Below the pieces are notes generated by a model. That model saw nothing but the letters and a program-made list of their open reading frames with translations, had not been told where the DNA came from and did not search any database. Of a stretch of 64,000 bases of DNA, positions 63,969 to 64,000 are shown piece by piece. The position numbers were made by a program, and so were the translations under genes. Numbering within the stretch: the first letter of the stretch is position 1; the number at the start of each line of letters is the position of its first letter. The stretch lies in sequence record NC_005066.1. One strand, given 5' to 3'. This stretch comes from Escherichia phage RB49.

Positions 63969-64000
63969 TTCGACCCACTGTTTAGACTTTCGTTTTTGGG

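Noticed and set aside
1-64000. Integrated prophage or integrase-bearing mobile island
   Set aside because: No integrase, transposase or attachment-site repeats were seen; gene content and order are those of a lytic T4-like genome throughout.

Overview
This window reads as the left ~64 kb (early/middle-gene region) of a T4-like myovirus genome, with nearly every gene on the minus strand. Gene order is syntenic with T4: rIIA, fused 39/60 topoisomerase, dexA, dda, 56, 61, 41, uvsX, 43, regA, 62, 44, 45, 46, 47, 55, nrdG, nrdD, 49, nrdC, rI, tk, regB, an M15 endolysin, 57B/57A, 1, 3, 2. Assignments rest on motif-level recognition of the translated ORFs plus synteny; no database search was run. 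Genes for cytosine hydroxymethylation and glucosylation (42, beta-gt, alpha-gt) are absent while a Dam methylase is present, an organisation like that of the RB49-type 'pseudo-T-even' phages. Between the conserved replication and recombination genes lie blocks of small ORFs. These blocks are punctuated by about twenty copies of a promoter (TTGACA-17-TATAAT-like) / G-C-rich stem-loop / strong-RBS cassette and by rho-independent terminators. The most unusual content is: (1) an expanded paralogous family of repeat-domain proteins flanking nrdG/nrdD; (2) a 489-aa P-loop NTPase module beside gene 55; (3) a glycine-rich protein; (4) anti-defence-type genes (macro domain, 2H phosphoesterase, Pol-beta-type nucleotidyltransferase, Mod-like ADP-ribosyltransferase); (5) arrays of very small membrane proteins; (6) a candidate small RNA. 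Many start codons are uncertain because the ORF track extends ORFs to non-ATG starts and into upstream promoter sequence; where an SD-ATG was visible I trimmed the start.
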